64,000 nt of DNA from an uncultured SAR86 cluster bacterium (GTDB lineage Bacteria > Pseudomonadota > Gammaproteobacteria > Magnimaribacterales > D2472), in the NCBI GenBank assembly GCA_902557965.1, contig CACECK010000001.1, forward strand, positions 22,939-86,938, in the 5' to 3' direction. The notes below the pieces were generated by a model, which ran no database searches, was not told the DNA's origin, and was given only the letters and a program-made list of their open reading frames with translations. A program made the translations under genes and the position numbers. Below are positions 62,663 through 64,000 of this stretch, one piece after another. Position 1 is the stretch's first letter. Every line of letters begins with the position of its first letter.

Positions 62663-64000
62663 ATGAAAGACAGAATTTTTATAATAGACGGCTCCTCTTA
62701 TCTTTATAGAGCCTATCATGCCATGCCACCTTTAAGCACGTCCTCTGGTCAGCCAACTGGCGCAGTAAAAGGTGTAACTAATATGCTGATGAATTTAAAA
62801 AAAGACAGTGAGGGCTCTTCAATAATTGTCGTTTTTGATGCAAAGGGAAAAACTTTTAGAAGTGATATTTATTCAGAATATAAAGCTAATAGACCTCCCA
62901 TGCCTGATGAGCTTAGAGATCAGCTTGTCCCAGTAAAGTCAATTTGCCGCGCTATTGGATTTCCATTGATAGAGATTGAAGGTGTTGAAGCTGACGATGT
63001 TATTGCAACCATAGCAAATATGGCAAAAAAAGAAAATTATAAATGCGTTATATCATCTTTGGATAAAGATTTGATGCAGCTTGTTGAAGATCCACACACA
63101 ACAATGATGGACACTATGAAGCATAAAATTTTTAATGAAGAAGGTGTGTTCGAAAAATTTGGTGTAAAACCAAATCAAATAAGAGACATGCTCGCATTAG
63201 TTGGGGACACTTCTGACAATATACCTGGAGTTCCAAAAGTAGGACAAAAAACTGCAGCTAAATGGTTGGCTGAATATGGTGATTTAAAAACAATAAAACA
63301 AAATGCAGAATCAATAAAAGGTGTCGTTGGAGACAACCTTAGAAATTCTCTTGATGACCTGGATAGGAATGTTGAACTGGTATCATTAAAAAATGATGTT
63401 GATATAGGTTTAAAGCTTCAGGACCTTCTTACATTTAGTCCAGATGAGGAAGAGTTAAACAATTTGTTTGCTGATCTTGAGTTTAAGGCAGTTGATAAAA
63501 AACAAGAAAAAGGAGCCCCTAAGAAAAATTCAAACTATGAAACTGTCCTAGATGAAAAGAGTCTAAAAAATTGGATTCAAAAAATTAATAAATCAAAAAC
63601 ATTTGCAATAGATACCGAAACTGATTCTGTAAATACAGTATCAGCTAATCTTATAGGAATTTCTCTTTCTGTTTCTGAAAATGAAGGATGCTATATACCA
63701 ATTGCTCATTCCTATGATGGCTGCCCTAAACAATTGAGTTTAGTTTATGTTGTAGATACGCTTGGACCAGTATTAGAAGAAAATCAAGATAAGGCAATAG
63801 GGCAGAACCTCAAATTTGACATACCTATTCTTGCCAGACATGGGATTAAGTTAACAAAATTCTTGGCTGATACCATGCTAATGTCATACGTACTAAACAG
63901 TACAGCTACTCGTCACGGCATGGATAGGCTTGCTGATTATTATTTAAATTACACAACAACTAAATATACCGATGTAACAGGAACAGCGTCAAAGCAGATA
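62663..64000 (+). CDS. polA: DNA polymerase I, N-terminal part (continues beyond window)
   Basis: The frame stays open from the ATG at 62663 to the window end. MKDRIFIIDGSSYLYRAYHAMPPL is the 5'-3' exonuclease N-terminus. LVGDTSDNIPGVPKVG and the start of the 3'-5' exonuclease domain (FAIDTETDS) follow. Confidence 0.93.
   Translation, partial: MKDRIFIIDGSSYLYRAYHAMPPLSTSSGQPTGAVKGVTNMLMNLKKDSEGSSIIVVFDAKGKTFRSDIYSEYKANRPPMPDELRDQLVPVKSICRAIGFPLIEIEGVEADDVIATIANMAKKENYKCVISSLDKDLMQLVEDPHTTMMDTMKHKIFNEEGVFEKFGVKPNQIRDMLALVGDTSDNIPGVPKVGQKTAAKWLAEYGDLKTIKQNAESIKGVVGDNLRNSLDDLDRNVELVSLKNDVDIGLKLQDLLTFSPDEEELNNLFADLEFKAVDKKQEKGAPKKNSNYETVLDEKSLKNWIQKINKSKTFAIDTETDSVNTVSANLIGISLSVSENEGCYIPIAHSYDGCPKQLSLVYVVDTLGPVLEENQDKAIGQNLKFDIPILARHGIKLTKFLADTMLMSYVLNSTATRHGMDRLADYYLNYTTTKYTDVTGTASKQI

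Overview
AT-rich bacterial chromosome segment whose gene order matches, from memory, the Pseudomonas-type gammaproteobacterial origin region. On the minus strand: glmS-glmU-atpCDGAHFEBI-parBA-rsmG-mnmG-mnmE-yidC-rnpA-rpmH. Diverging from these on the plus strand: dnaA-dnaN-recF-gyrB. Next come plsC, glyQS, lpxL-like, trkHA, fmt, def, purE, tsaC, hemF and aroE, then a complete aa3-type cytochrome c oxidase and assembly cluster (coxB-ctaD-ctaG-ctaE-DUF2909-SURF1-ctaA-cyoE-SCO), then gshA, pckA, dsbB and the 5' part of polA. The first ~15 kb is accessory-looking. Positions 1-11.7 kb hold small detoxification-type enzymes and membrane proteins: VOC x4, GFA, MAPEG, esterase, SDR, DUF1993, SMR and others. 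Positions 12.0-15.2 kb, directly downstream of glmS, hold the most unusual structure. Four extra diverged copies of the glmS 3' terminus (all still reading SVTVE-stop or a near variant) split that interval into small cassettes, which encode only small membrane proteins plus one XRE regulator. No recombinase or transposase is visible in the window. Other observations: a 15-aa ORF with 9 cysteines, a near-consensus parS inside the recF 3' end, a GyrB lacking the proteobacterial insertion, a dimeric-type GlyRS where glyQ/glyS is expected, and a long interrupted palindrome in front of pckA. I recognised no rRNA, tRNA, CRISPR array, integrase or transposase. All coordinates for features absent from the ORF track were derived by hand and should be verified computationally.
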